DNA from: a virus
Direction: 5' to 3' (one strand)
Virus record (IMG/VR): IMGVR_UViG_3300013136_000003
Span: 23,382 to 87,381 of that record
Length of the DNA stretch: 64,000 bases
Under the pieces are notes generated by a model. It had not been told where the DNA came from. It was given only the letters and a program-made list of their open reading frames with translations, and searched no databases. Numbering within the stretch: the stretch's first letter is position 1; each line of letters opens with the position of its first letter. Below, one piece after another: positions 9,650 through 19,479 of this stretch. Position numbers and translations under genes: made by a program.

Positions 9650-10942
9650 ATGAAAAACGAACTTACACACGTGGCCAATTTCGTCGAGGAAATGAAAGCC
9701 ACTTCTTCAACCAACGCAAAGAAAGAAATCATTGCAAAGTACGATTCTCCGTTTCTTAGGAAACTGTTCGAGTACGTCTACAATCCGTTCAAACAGTACT
9801 ATGTCACTTCTTCGAGTTTGATAAAGCACCCAGAGCTTTCAACAAACGGCCACGATGATCTGTTCGCTCTACTTGATGATCTGAGCTCACGGCGCATCAC
9901 TGGTCATGCTGCAATCTCAGCGGTGAATGGTTTTATTGAAAAGAACAGCGAGTTCGCAAGCATCCTCTACGATGTCATCGATCGCAACATCAAAACACGA
10001 GCAACTACTTCCCTGATCAACAAAGTTCTTCCTGGAACGATACCTACCTTCGAGGTTGCTCTAGCACAAAAGTTCAGGGACCACGTAAAGAAAGTAAAGT
10101 TCGAATCAAAGCTCTGGTGGGCTAGCCGAAAACTCGACGGGCTCCGTTGCATTGTCATATTTGACGCAGACGGAGAAGTACGGTTCTTCTCTCGTAAAGG
10201 AAAGGAATTTTTCACGCTTTCTGTCCTAGCAGAGGATCTGAAGAAGCTCAACCTTCGTAACAAGGTTCTCGACGGAGAAATATGCATCATGAAGGAAGAC
10301 GGTCTGGAAGATTTCCAGGGAATTTTGAAAGAAGCCAGAACAGACGATCACACAATAGAAAACCCAATGTACCAGGTGTTCGATTTCCTGGAACTCGAAG
10401 AGTTTGTTAACGAAGAAGGCCAGGTGACTTTCACCGCTAGACAGATCATGCTCAATGCTCTTTTCGGAATGCACCAACTAAAAAACGCAAAAGTTCTCGA
10501 ACAGATCCAAGTCGAAAGTCAAGAACACTTTGACCAACTAGTAAAGGACGCAGAAACCGCAGGTTACGAGGGCATCATGCTACGTAAGGACGTTGGGTAC
10601 GAGGGAAAGAGGACTGCTAACTTATTGAAAGTAAAACAAATGGAAGATGCTGAGTATGTGGTTATCGATTACGAAGTAGGACCTATGAGAATCATCGAAA
10701 ACGGAGTTGAGATCGAAGAAGTGATGCTGCGTAACGTTAGAATTCTTCACAAAGGCGATCCGGTTGACGTCGGCTCAGGTTTTTCTCTTGAACAAAGACG
10801 TCGCTTTTTTCAAAACCCTGAGGAAATTATGAATAAGACAATAACAGTCAACTACTTCGAAGAAACAAAAGACCAGCACGGAAAAAATTCACTTAGGTTT
10901 CCAGTATTTAAGGGAATATACGGAGACGATCGTGACATGTAG
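9650..10942 (+). CDS. lig: ATP-dependent DNA ligase
   Basis: Motif I KLDGLRC, LDGEI, YQVFD, GYEGIMLR, LLKVK, OB-fold VGSGFS and SLRFPVF. Confidence 0.95.
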   Translation: MKNELTHVANFVEEMKATSSTNAKKEIIAKYDSPFLRKLFEYVYNPFKQYYVTSSSLIKHPELSTNGHDDLFALLDDLSSRRITGHAAISAVNGFIEKNSEFASILYDVIDRNIKTRATTSLINKVLPGTIPTFEVALAQKFRDHVKKVKFESKLWWASRKLDGLRCIVIFDADGEVRFFSRKGKEFFTLSVLAEDLKKLNLRNKVLDGEICIMKEDGLEDFQGILKEARTDDHTIENPMYQVFDFLELEEFVNEEGQVTFTARQIMLNALFGMHQLKNAKVLEQIQVESQEHFDQLVKDAETAGYEGIMLRKDVGYEGKRTANLLKVKQMEDAEYVVIDYEVGPMRIIENGVEIEEVMLRNVRILHKGDPVDVGSGFSLEQRRRFFQNPEEIMNKTITVNYFEETKDQHGKNSLRFPVFKGIYGDDRDM

Positions 10943-10981
10943 ATATTTCGAAGAGGCCTAGGATAAATAAACATAAATTGT

Positions 10982-11752
10982 ATGATTATGAAATATTATG
11001 TTTATGTCTATTACGATCCTATTGTAGATATTCCGAGATATGTTGGGAAAGGTACAAAAAATAGAGATACGTCACATTGGCTACGACGAAAAAATCATAA
11101 TAATAGATTGTTTAGAGAATTTTTAATATCTCTAGAAACTCAAAATCTTCAACCAAAAATAAAAAGAATTAAAGAAGGTCTTTCTAATTTTGAAGCTTTT
11201 TTATTAGAAAATCAACTGATTAAAAAGTACGGTAGATTAGAGTTTGATAAAAACGGAACATTATTTAATCGATCATTGAGCTTCGAATTTGCCGAACAAT
11301 CTTATCTTAATTCACAGACATCCACCGACCGATACTTTAATAGTAAACATTTTAATTGCATAGATTTAACAGATGATGAAATTAAAGAAATCATTCACTT
11401 ATATGTCGATAAAAAATTTGGAATAGTTAGTATCGCTAAAATGTTTTGTCATGGACCTGACAAAATAAAAAAAATTTTGACAGATAACAATATTTTGATA
11501 CGAAATAGAGGTGGACAAATCGGTACTGACAACGGAATGTATGGAAAAACTCGTGTAAAAAACGATTTTTTTAAAGGAAAATTTCACACAAGTGCCTCCA
11601 AATTAAAAATTTCTAATTCTCTTAAAAAACCGGTGACTATAAACGATGTAAAATATTCAAGTATGAAGGACGCCGCTGATTTTTTAGGTTTCGCTTACTC
11701 CACGTTTAAGAGATTAGTAAAAATAGGAAAAATTAAAATCCAAAAAGAATAA
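10982..11752 (+). CDS. GIY-YIG-type homing endonuclease with NUMOD-like C-terminus
   Basis: YYVYVY...YVGKG...R; NGMYGK and KGKFHT..SK.KIS motifs; markedly AT-richer than neighbours. Confidence 0.8.
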   Translation: MIMKYYVYVYYDPIVDIPRYVGKGTKNRDTSHWLRRKNHNNRLFREFLISLETQNLQPKIKRIKEGLSNFEAFLLENQLIKKYGRLEFDKNGTLFNRSLSFEFAEQSYLNSQTSTDRYFNSKHFNCIDLTDDEIKEIIHLYVDKKFGIVSIAKMFCHGPDKIKKILTDNNILIRNRGGQIGTDNGMYGKTRVKNDFFKGKFHTSASKLKISNSLKKPVTINDVKYSSMKDAADFLGFAYSTFKRLVKIGKIKIQKE

Positions 11753-12183
11753 TGGAACACAGATTAATGATCGATAACGATCTCCTAGCGCCGCACAATC
11801 TAGTTGCGGACCTTGATAAGATACTTTCTCCACTGGGAGTACACCTCGAAATAGAGAACAAAGAGCACGACGGTTACGATGTGTGCATAGTCACAGTCCC
11901 GGAAAAAACGCAGACAGGCGTAGACCTGATCGCAGCTGAAAGAAAAAGGCAGATTGAGGAAGAAGGTTGGCCTGCCGAACACGATGACAAGCACACTAAC
12001 GAATCTATTTCTATCGCTGCCGCTTGTTACGCATTACCTGCTAATTTGCGTTTTACCATCATGCATCTCTGGCCCTGGGACAGAAAATGGTTCAAACCGT
12101 CAATCGACCGCATAAGAGACCTGGTAAAAGCTGGGGCTCTTATCGCTGCTGAAATAGACAGAGGAAAACGATTAAACCAGTAA
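11752..12183 (+). CDS. Conserved phage hypothetical protein
   Basis: IAAERKRQIEEEGW..EHDD.H...AAACYA...WPWD..WFKP...RDLVKAGALIAAEIDR is a widespread phage motif. Confidence 0.75.
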   Translation: MEHRLMIDNDLLAPHNLVADLDKILSPLGVHLEIENKEHDGYDVCIVTVPEKTQTGVDLIAAERKRQIEEEGWPAEHDDKHTNESISIAAACYALPANLRFTIMHLWPWDRKWFKPSIDRIRDLVKAGALIAAEIDRGKRLNQ

Positions 12184-12185
12184 CT

Positions 12186-13313
12186 ATGAACACTAACGTG
12201 TACAACATTGACGCGATTGCTGTTGAAAACGGCATAGAACGATACTGGGACTACGTCAAGAAGAATAATCCAGCGAACGATAAACCGTATCATAACTTTT
12301 GGCACACAAGCTGTGTTGTGAATTACTGTAACGAGATAGCTGAGGACGAAGAGCTTGACGGTCTTTCAAAAAAGAAGCTTCTCCTAGCTGCTATGTTTCA
12401 CGATTTTGCGCACCACTCAAAGGACGATGCTCGAAACGTAACCGTGGCTAAGGAAATGTTCAAAATCGCTACGTACATTCTTGAACCGAACCTCTACAAT
12501 ACGCCGGACTTCGGCCGATTGATCATGGACGTTTGCAACATAATTGATGCTACAAAGTACCCGTACGCAGTTCCAGAAGATCGACTGACTCTAAGCCAAA
12601 AAGTTATACGAGATGCTGACCTGCTACAGTGGACGGAAGCAACTATCACCGAACACACTTTTGCTGGGCTAGCAAAGGAAATGGAGATTCCTCTGACCAT
12701 GTTCCTGCCAAAGAACAAACAGTTCATTCTTAACATCAAGTACCACACCGAGTGGGCAAATCACAGAGCAAGCATCATGCTTCCTCACCAACTTGAAAAG
12801 CTTGAAGTGTTCGAAAAGATGATAGCTGAACTCGGTCACAAGCGCATCGTTCTAGTTGCTAGGGCTGCTTCTAGAAAAGATTTTTTACGAAACAAATTCG
12901 AAGCTCGAGGTTTCAAACCATCCATCAGCATCACAAACCGGCCTCCAAGACCAGGAGAAATAGAAGGTAAGGATTACTTCTTCATCACGGAATCGAAAGC
13001 CGAGCAGATGATAGAGAACGACGAGTTCTACGAGTACGTTAGGTTCAACACCTGGCTTTACGGAACGACAAAGAAACAATTCATGGAAGATGACGTTTTC
13101 ATCATGACGCCTGCCGGAGTTTCAAAGATTCAACCTGAAGACAGAAAGAGTTGTTTCATCATTTACTTGGACATACCAGAAGACACACGAAAGCTCAGAC
13201 TTCTTCAGAGACAGATGCCAGGAGATACGGTTGACCGACGAATAGAGGCCGACGAGGAAGATTTTCGAAATTTCAAGGATTACGACATGCGGGTAACTAA
13301 TCCAGATTTCTAA
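12186..13313 (+). CDS. HD-domain phosphohydrolase fused to guanylate-kinase-like domain
   Basis: PYHNFWH...AAMFHDF...IRDADL; C-domain T.RPPRPGEIEGKDYFF, WLYGT; P-loop reads ARAASRK. Confidence 0.8.
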   Translation: MNTNVYNIDAIAVENGIERYWDYVKKNNPANDKPYHNFWHTSCVVNYCNEIAEDEELDGLSKKKLLLAAMFHDFAHHSKDDARNVTVAKEMFKIATYILEPNLYNTPDFGRLIMDVCNIIDATKYPYAVPEDRLTLSQKVIRDADLLQWTEATITEHTFAGLAKEMEIPLTMFLPKNKQFILNIKYHTEWANHRASIMLPHQLEKLEVFEKMIAELGHKRIVLVARAASRKDFLRNKFEARGFKPSISITNRPPRPGEIEGKDYFFITESKAEQMIENDEFYEYVRFNTWLYGTTKKQFMEDDVFIMTPAGVSKIQPEDRKSCFIIYLDIPEDTRKLRLLQRQMPGDTVDRRIEADEEDFRNFKDYDMRVTNPDF

Positions 13314-13324
13314 AATAATTAAAA

Positions 13325-13681
13325 ATGAAGAAATGCATCATCATCACGGCTGACACAAACGATGCCGATTACATTACTAAGAAAACAGAAATCACAGATG
13401 AACAGATCGAACAGATCAAACCTGTGATAGCTGCTATCCAAGCTAGACGTGATAAACTAAATGAGGATCGCCATACTAATTGGAATAAGTGGGGACACAA
13501 TTGGGAGACGTCTGAATACGGAAAACTTGGAACGCCAAGTAAGATGTACGTTGACACTGGGATATTGACGGAAGAACAAGTTCAACTATTTAATGAATTC
13601 GTGCCGTATGGCGAATACGGGGTTCACACAATAAAAACCGTTGACATCCTGGTAGTATCAGAAGAAATACAATTATTTTAA
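13325..13681 (+). CDS. Hypothetical protein
   Basis: Clean ORF in operon context. Confidence 0.7.
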   Translation: MKKCIIITADTNDADYITKKTEITDEQIEQIKPVIAAIQARRDKLNEDRHTNWNKWGHNWETSEYGKLGTPSKMYVDTGILTEEQVQLFNEFVPYGEYGVHTIKTVDILVVSEEIQLF

Positions 13682-13690
13682 CATACGAAA

Positions 13691-14104
13691 ATGAACACAT
13701 TTGAATTAACTGGAAACATTGTCGAGATCATGTCGACACAGACCTTTAACAAAGGCTTCAAAAAAAGAGAATTTGTCATCGAGACAGAAGACGGCAGGTT
13801 CACGCAAAAAATTCTGTTCCAAGCGGTTCAGGACAAGTGTGACATGCTGGATTCGTTCGGCATAGGCGACACAGTGAAGATCGCTTTTAACGTGAAGGGC
13901 AGAGAGTTCAACGGAAAGTACTACAACGCTTTGGAAGCGTTCAGAGTTTTTGGAGAAAAGAGAGCTGACCCTATTTCCGACGAGCAGGACATCGACATTC
14001 TCGACGACCCTGAGCTCTTTCCTGAAAAAGGAAAACACTCTCCCAGAAAGAGCGAACTCGAAAAGGTTCCTATGCTCGACCAGGAGGATGAGTTACCATT
14101 TTGA
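13691..14104 (+). CDS. DUF3127-like OB-fold ssDNA-binding protein
   Basis: ELTG.I, FKKREFVIET, FNVKGREFNGKYYN.L.A, acidic tail ending DELPF. Confidence 0.85.
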   Translation: MNTFELTGNIVEIMSTQTFNKGFKKREFVIETEDGRFTQKILFQAVQDKCDMLDSFGIGDTVKIAFNVKGREFNGKYYNALEAFRVFGEKRADPISDEQDIDILDDPELFPEKGKHSPRKSELEKVPMLDQEDELPF

Positions 14105-14116
14105 ACAGAACGTAAA

Positions 14117-14563
14117 ATGGACATAGGATCCGGGAACGCATACCCAGCCAACGCGCTTAGCAACTTTGCTCCGCACCCTTTCGAGTTCGATGGGGTGCAG
14201 TGCAATTCTATGGAAGGCCTTCTACAGAGCTTCAAATTTTCTAGCGTTGACATGCAAAGAGAGGTTTGCAAGTTAGTCGGAAAGGCTGCTAAGTTTAAAG
14301 GAAAACGAAAAAATTGGCAATCAACTCAGAAACTCTACTGGAACGGTACAGAATACGACAGATCGTCTGACGAGTACCAAGAATTGTTGGACAGAGCGTA
14401 CGACGCACTGTTCGCCAACGATTCCTTTAGAAAAGCTCTGGCTGCTTCCGGTTCCGCAACGTTAACCCACGAGATAGGACGCTCCAACGAGAAAGAAACT
14501 GTTCTCACTAAGCGAGAATTCGTCTCGAGGCTAAAAAAATTAAGAGAAAGGTTATCACAATGA
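14117..14563 (+). CDS. T4 gp30.3-like (NADAR-related) protein
   Basis: ALSNFAPHPFEFDGV.C.SMEG.LQS.KF...LYWNG....R.S.EYQ.LL.RAY. Confidence 0.8.
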   Translation: MDIGSGNAYPANALSNFAPHPFEFDGVQCNSMEGLLQSFKFSSVDMQREVCKLVGKAAKFKGKRKNWQSTQKLYWNGTEYDRSSDEYQELLDRAYDALFANDSFRKALAASGSATLTHEIGRSNEKETVLTKREFVSRLKKLRERLSQ

Positions 14564-15417
14564 TTTGCATTTATCACGGAATAGACCTGGACGGTTGGTG
14601 CAGCGCAGCGATTGTCAAGAACAAGTACCCTGATTGTAAGATGGTCCCGTACGACTACGGCCAGCCCGTTCCGGAGTTGGAAGAAGGAGAGGATCTAATC
14701 CTCGTTGACGTTTCCTTCTCGATGGACACTTTTAGAAAGTTTCTAGCGGAAGGACGCACCATTACCTGGCTAGATCATCACATCTCGGCAATACGAGAAT
14801 TCGACAGAGATCTCAGGTACGAAGTTCAAGGAAATAAAAAATTCCTCTTTTCACTAGACCCAAAGAAAGCAGCTTGCGAAATTACTTGGGAATTCATAAA
14901 TCCTGACCTCGACATTCCGCGAGGTGTTCACCTTCTTGGAAGGTATGACTGCTTCGGCCACAAGGGAACGAGCGAGGAGTTTGCAGTCCTAGTGTTTCAG
15001 TACGCAGCACGAGCTCGTTGGAACGGGTGGAAAGAGACTAGCGAAGTTCTTCGTCTAACCAGAGAAGATCTCGTTCAGATGCACAATGCTGGACTCTACA
15101 TCTACCAGAGCTTGTGCACAGAAGCAAAGCAATCCTACGCTAAGGGTTTTGTCATCGAGTTCGACGGTTACCGATTCCTTGCAGTTAACAAGGAAAGGTT
15201 CAACCCGATCAATTTCGAGATCAATTATCACAAAGATGGGTACGACGGGTTCGCTAGCTTTTATTTTGCGGATGGCCATTGGAAATTTTCACTGTACAAT
15301 GACAACGGCAAAGTTGACTGCTCAGAGATCTGCACGCGCAGAGGTGGAGGAGGTCACGCTGGAGCAGCAGGATTCGTAACCAAAAACATAAACGATTATG
15401 TCCAAGCAGGAGTTTAA
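14560..15417 (+). CDS. DHH/DHHA1 phosphoesterase
   Basis: IYH..DLDG, VDVS, WLDHH, GGGGHAGAAGF. Confidence 0.9.
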   Translation: MICIYHGIDLDGWCSAAIVKNKYPDCKMVPYDYGQPVPELEEGEDLILVDVSFSMDTFRKFLAEGRTITWLDHHISAIREFDRDLRYEVQGNKKFLFSLDPKKAACEITWEFINPDLDIPRGVHLLGRYDCFGHKGTSEEFAVLVFQYAARARWNGWKETSEVLRLTREDLVQMHNAGLYIYQSLCTEAKQSYAKGFVIEFDGYRFLAVNKERFNPINFEINYHKDGYDGFASFYFADGHWKFSLYNDNGKVDCSEICTRRGGGGHAGAAGFVTKNINDYVQAGV

Positions 15418-15688
15418 CAAAGTCAGCGAGTACAAACGTTATCGGTTCAACACAAAGGTTCAGCTTAATCACTCAGCAGTTCGTACCCCAGGAGGAGTAG
15501 TAACACACTTGATCACCATAAACGACATGGGTGTAACGACCTACTACCGAACGTACGAATGCGTTTCGGGTGACCTGGAAAAGACGATCAACCTTGCTTA
15601 CGCTAACGCGTGCGCTTGGGTTGATGACAGAGAGCACAAAGGAAAATCTGTCGAACAGATAACTCTAGAAAAATTGGGATTCGAATAA
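15398..15688 (+). CDS. Hypothetical protein
   Basis: Overlapping ORF in operon. Confidence 0.6.
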   Translation: MSKQEFNKVSEYKRYRFNTKVQLNHSAVRTPGGVVTHLITINDMGVTTYYRTYECVSGDLEKTINLAYANACAWVDDREHKGKSVEQITLEKLGFE

Positions 15689-15689
15689 G

Positions 15690-15986
15690 ATGGAAACAAA
15701 AGTAGTTCACTGTAAGAAAGAACCGTACGATGTTTACATCGGCCGGCCCAGCAAGTGGGGAAACCCGTTCACTCACTTGAACGATACGACTCGGGCTCAG
15801 TTCAAAGTGGCAACACGAGAAGAAGCGATCGAAAAGTACGAAGAATGGATACGTCAGCAGCCTCAGCTGTTAGCAGACCTTCACGAACTTGACGGAAAAG
15901 TTCTTGGTTGTTGGTGCAAGCCGCAGGCCTGCCACGGAGACGTATTAGTTAAACTGATAAACGAACAAAAAAATCAACAAGCATGA
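15690..15986 (+). CDS. DUF4326-like protein
   Basis: VVHCKKEPYDVYIGRPSKWGNPF...L.GK.LGCWCKP..CHGDVL. Confidence 0.9.
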   Translation: METKVVHCKKEPYDVYIGRPSKWGNPFTHLNDTTRAQFKVATREEAIEKYEEWIRQQPQLLADLHELDGKVLGCWCKPQACHGDVLVKLINEQKNQQA

Positions 15987-16201
15987 CAGTAAGAGCAAAA
16001 TTCAAGTGCACGGAAGTGACGATTACCGAGAGCGGTAAGAAGGTCACGTTAGTTCCAGTAACAGGCGGAAGCGCAGAAAACGAAACCTTTTTCAAATGGA
16101 CGCCGTACGGCAAGCTTGAAATGGGAACTGTAAACGAAGAAGCAGCCGCGCAGTTTGAACCAGGGAAAGAGTATTACATCGATTTCACAAAAGCCGAGTA
16201 G
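15983..16201 (+). CDS. Conserved small phage protein
   Basis: VRAKFKC...EN..FFKWTP.G.L.M...F.PGKEYYIDFT. Confidence 0.75.
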   Translation: MTVRAKFKCTEVTITESGKKVTLVPVTGGSAENETFFKWTPYGKLEMGTVNEEAAAQFEPGKEYYIDFTKAE

Positions 16202-16261
16202 TGAAATACGTCTCAATTGAATCGGTGAACACTTCACTAATAAATAAAGATAAAGTGAAGT

Positions 16262-16882
16262 ATGAAATTAGTAAAAATATACGTTCTTAAAGATCCAAAA
16301 ACAGACGAAGTTCAATATGTCGGTAGGTCAACTCAACCCGATACTAGGTATCGTCAACACATTTATTTAGCAAGAAAGCCAGGTAAAAAAGACATAAAGA
16401 CCGCATGGATTCGAAGTTTGCTTGATGAAAATCAAAAACCGGTACTTGAAATAATTGACGAATGCGATCAATTTGACGCTCAAATTAGAGAAACTTATTG
16501 GATCGGCGAATATAAAAAACTGGGAAATCTTAAAAATCAACGAGATTTTGTAGAAAATGGGTATTTATTTTCTGAAGAAAGTCGAAAGAAAATGTCAGAG
16601 TCAGCTAAAGGAAATACTAATACTAGAGGTAAAAAAAGATCAGCTGAACAGGCATATCGGTGTGGTAATGCAAATAGAGGAAAACATAAATCAATAGAAT
16701 CTATATTAAAAGTAAGTAAACCAATTTTTCAATTAACTATTGAAAATGTATTAATCTGTGAATGGTCATCTCAGAAGGAAGCAGCAAAGACCTTGTCAAT
16801 AAATCAAAGAAATATTTCATCGGTTTGTAATGGGATTAGACAAACCGCCGGTGGATATAAATGGAAATTCAAAAATACCTAA
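16262..16882 (+). CDS. GIY-YIG homing endonuclease with NUMOD3/NUMOD1-like domains
   Basis: IYVLKDP...YVGRS..P..R...H; SEESRKKMSES; NISSVCNG.RQTAGGYKWKF; AT-rich. Confidence 0.85.
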   Translation: MKLVKIYVLKDPKTDEVQYVGRSTQPDTRYRQHIYLARKPGKKDIKTAWIRSLLDENQKPVLEIIDECDQFDAQIRETYWIGEYKKLGNLKNQRDFVENGYLFSEESRKKMSESAKGNTNTRGKKRSAEQAYRCGNANRGKHKSIESILKVSKPIFQLTIENVLICEWSSQKEAAKTLSINQRNISSVCNGIRQTAGGYKWKFKNT

Positions 16883-16886
16883 AATT

Positions 16887-17534
16887 ATGCGTTTTGTTTC
16901 TATAGACATCGAAACTACTGGGTTAGACCCAGAAACCTGCCAGATCCTTCAGATCGGAGCAGTTATCGAAGACACTCTAAACGTGAAGCCCACCTCGGAA
17001 CTTCCGTCCTTTTCGTGCATCATCGATCACCAAACAATAACAGGCCGGCCATTTGCTCTCAACATGAACAACTGGATCATGAAGATCCTTGCTTCTTTGG
17101 AAACAGCGTCTAAGGAAGAACGTGCTGAGATAAGAAAATCGAATCACATCATGGGAGAAGGCTTAGTGGCCAGAGCACTTTACGAGTGGTTAAGAGGTCA
17201 AGGAATTCACCCAAGAGCCGATTCGAAGACTGAACAAGTGAACATAAACGTTGCTGGCAAAAACTTTGCCACGTTCGATAAACTTTTCCTAGAAAAGCTT
17301 CCTAGCTGGTCAAGCTTCATCCAAGTCAACCAGAGGATAATCGATCCAGGCATTATCTTCACAGATTGGCAAACCGACGAAAAACTTCCGAGTTTGGGAG
17401 TTTGCATGAAGAGAATTGGAGTAGACGGAGAAGTCACTCACGATGCTGTGCAAGATGCAATCGACGTGATTCGCGTGATTCGTAAGGTGACATCGGACTA
17501 TCAGAACGTTCTGTATCTGAGTCCGAATAGATAA
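16887..17534 (+). CDS. DEDDh 3'-5' exonuclease (DnaQ/oligoribonuclease-like)
   Basis: SIDIETTGLD, GKNFATFD, HDA..DA; ATG at 16887. Confidence 0.9.
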   Translation: MRFVSIDIETTGLDPETCQILQIGAVIEDTLNVKPTSELPSFSCIIDHQTITGRPFALNMNNWIMKILASLETASKEERAEIRKSNHIMGEGLVARALYEWLRGQGIHPRADSKTEQVNINVAGKNFATFDKLFLEKLPSWSSFIQVNQRIIDPGIIFTDWQTDEKLPSLGVCMKRIGVDGEVTHDAVQDAIDVIRVIRKVTSDYQNVLYLSPNR

Positions 17535-17541
17535 CCTTACT

Positions 17542-17781
17542 ATGACATGCTGTAACGGCGAAAAACCTAAACCTAACCCAACTTTCCTCAGCCGAATCCT
17601 AGATAAGGTGTTCGTTTCTGAAGCTGAGAAGAATCGTCGCATGTCCATCTGTAGGGCATGCGATCATTTTAACCCGACATTCGTTCAGTGCAAGCTGTGC
17701 GGGTGTTTTCTTGAAGCAAAAACCCGTCTTCAGGGGTTTCACTGCGCGTTAGACCTCATCGGCGAGCAACCGGCTTGGTGA
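17542..17781 (+). CDS. Small Cys-rich, likely metal-binding protein
   Basis: R.SICRACDH...QCKLCGCFLEAKTRL...C...W. Confidence 0.75.
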   Translation: MTCCNGEKPKPNPTFLSRILDKVFVSEAEKNRRMSICRACDHFNPTFVQCKLCGCFLEAKTRLQGFHCALDLIGEQPAW

Positions 17782-17861
17782 TAAATAACACTGAAGCAGA
17801 CTTGTGCTTCCTTAACTGGTGAGGAAAATCCCAGCTATGAAAACCGGTACTCCGGTGGACA

Positions 17862-18122
17862 GTGACGTTAATAAACAGGAAAATAAAACGATTGAGCAAC
17901 CTAGCGAACTGGGCGATGATGATCGGGCTGTTTTTCAACCCGTTTGGCTTCGACGCTGTGCAGTATTCTTTGATCCGCCTAACTGGGGATCTCTGGTACG
18001 CCAATTTTATTATGTACTGTGCGGCGGCATCGTTTTTTGGACTTGCCTTCTTCTTTCGCTTTAGGTACAAACGGATCGAAAGAAACCTAAAAATTCAGGA
18101 AGAGTTAAATGGAAATAGTTAA
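17862..18122 (+). CDS. Small two-TM membrane protein
   Basis: Two hydrophobic segments around FFNPFGFDA. Confidence 0.6.
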   Translation: MTLINRKIKRLSNLANWAMMIGLFFNPFGFDAVQYSLIRLTGDLWYANFIMYCAAASFFGLAFFFRFRYKRIERNLKIQEELNGNS

Positions 18123-18339
18123 AACGTTCGACGGTTTTGTAAACGAAAACAATTCAAGGTTTCCACACGAGATAAAATCCGAAAAGTACTGGAGGCAGAT
18201 GGCATACGGTGATAAATTTCTAAACGACGTGCTGGATACGATAATGAAAAAGCAAAAAGGCTTTGCTTCGGACAGACAGATGGCACTGCTAAAAAGAAAA
18301 GCCAGCGGCGATACTACTCCGTATTCCACCAAAAATTAG
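18109..18339 (+). CDS. Small protein with capsid-targeting-like N-terminal tag
   Basis: MEIVKTFDGFVNE. Confidence 0.65.
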   Translation: MEIVKTFDGFVNENNSRFPHEIKSEKYWRQMAYGDKFLNDVLDTIMKKQKGFASDRQMALLKRKASGDTTPYSTKN

Positions 18340-18431
18340 AGCCAGCTCTTAGGTACGTCTATCATATTCACTGAGTGTTAATTGCAAGAAGTTTTCTGGT
18401 TGTTTTTGAATAAATAAAAACAAAAATCACC

Positions 18432-18989
18432 ATGAAGAAATTATTGTTTTTGGTAGCTTTTGTTCTGCTAGCTATTAGCTGCGAAAAAGAACAAACGCCA
18501 GAACAGATCCTACCGAAACCTACACAGGTTTCGCAAATCGAATTAGATGCGGGTTATACACAGTACGTTCTTCCGAACATTACGCTAACTCAGCTAAAAG
18601 CTGGCAACGGCAATGGAAATGGAAACAACCCAAGAGTAGATAACGGTATTAGAATCGTTTGGGATTCAAATCTCAACAACGGAACCTCGCCAGATGGTCC
18701 AATTTACTTGGAAGAAGGAGAGAACATGCAGTTGAGCATCGAATGGTTGGCTGATGAAATTCCAGGAGCAACTGTAAATTGGTACACAAACGATCAGCAA
18801 GTAGCTAGTGTAAATTGGTTGGGCGTGCTATCTGAATCCTGGATAGGTTCTTGGTACCCAGGTTATTCGACAGTAACGGTTATTACAGCAGTCATTTACC
18901 GCCCGAAACCTAATTACAACGGACCACACCCATGGAACGGTTGGCTTCAGCCTTACCAAGATAACGTCGTCGTACACATCGTTCCATAA
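18432..18989 (+). CDS. Lipoprotein (possible Ig-like Big_2 segment)
   Basis: MKK-hydrophobic-ISC lipobox; VNWYTNDQQVASV..G; ATAAATA upstream. Confidence 0.7.
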   Translation: MKKLLFLVAFVLLAISCEKEQTPEQILPKPTQVSQIELDAGYTQYVLPNITLTQLKAGNGNGNGNNPRVDNGIRIVWDSNLNNGTSPDGPIYLEEGENMQLSIEWLADEIPGATVNWYTNDQQVASVNWLGVLSESWIGSWYPGYSTVTVITAVIYRPKPNYNGPHPWNGWLQPYQDNVVVHIVP

Positions 18990-19058
18990 TTTTTTACTGA
19001 AGAAAAACCGATTGATAAGATCATAGTATATTATCAACCTAAGTTCTTAAACATTTTG

Positions 19059-19474
19059 CGTTCGGTAGAGGAATCAGGAAGTCATGAGCCTGGTTCTAGT
19101 GCGTGCCAGAACAACCTGTATTGCAAAAGCAGGTAATGGCTCGAGCTAGGGGGATGCCCCACATGCAATGAAAAAGGCGGCCAAGCGGTCGGCATGAACT
19201 GTCTAACCAGCAGAGCTTGAGGTTTCGATCAGATACTTAAATGGTATCTTGCAAACGACGTACGGGTATACAAGATCCCCGTCTTGTGGCCGAATAATTT
19301 TCGTTGCGTGAAATAAGGCACGCAGTTTGTTGTGGTGACACAGCAGCGGTTCATGGAGCAGCTAACCTGCTTTGAGCTGCCCTCGACAGAGGGAACTGAT
19401 GGTCGTCGTACACACTTGCAGCGCAACATCGAACTGGAGGTAAAACCTAACCCTTCCGTACGTTCTACTGAGCG
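19059..19474 (+). ncRNA. Large structured non-coding RNA, family unrecognised
   Basis: 12-bp terminal stem 19059-19070/19463-19474; many internal helices; upstream promoter motif and boxA-like AAGTTCTTAAACAT; terminator directly after; no credible ORF. Confidence 0.75.
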
Positions 19475-19479
19475 ATATT

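Noticed and set aside
10982-16882. Group I introns around the two GIY-YIG genes
   Set aside because: Flanking genes are complete and each endonuclease has its own ATAAATA promoter, so they are free-standing
19059-19474. tmRNA (GCAAACGAC, 'AND' start) or RNase P identity for the large RNA
   Set aside because: No tRNA-like acceptor/T-arm ends, reading frame does not end in an Ala-rich tag, and the RNase P P4 signature is absent
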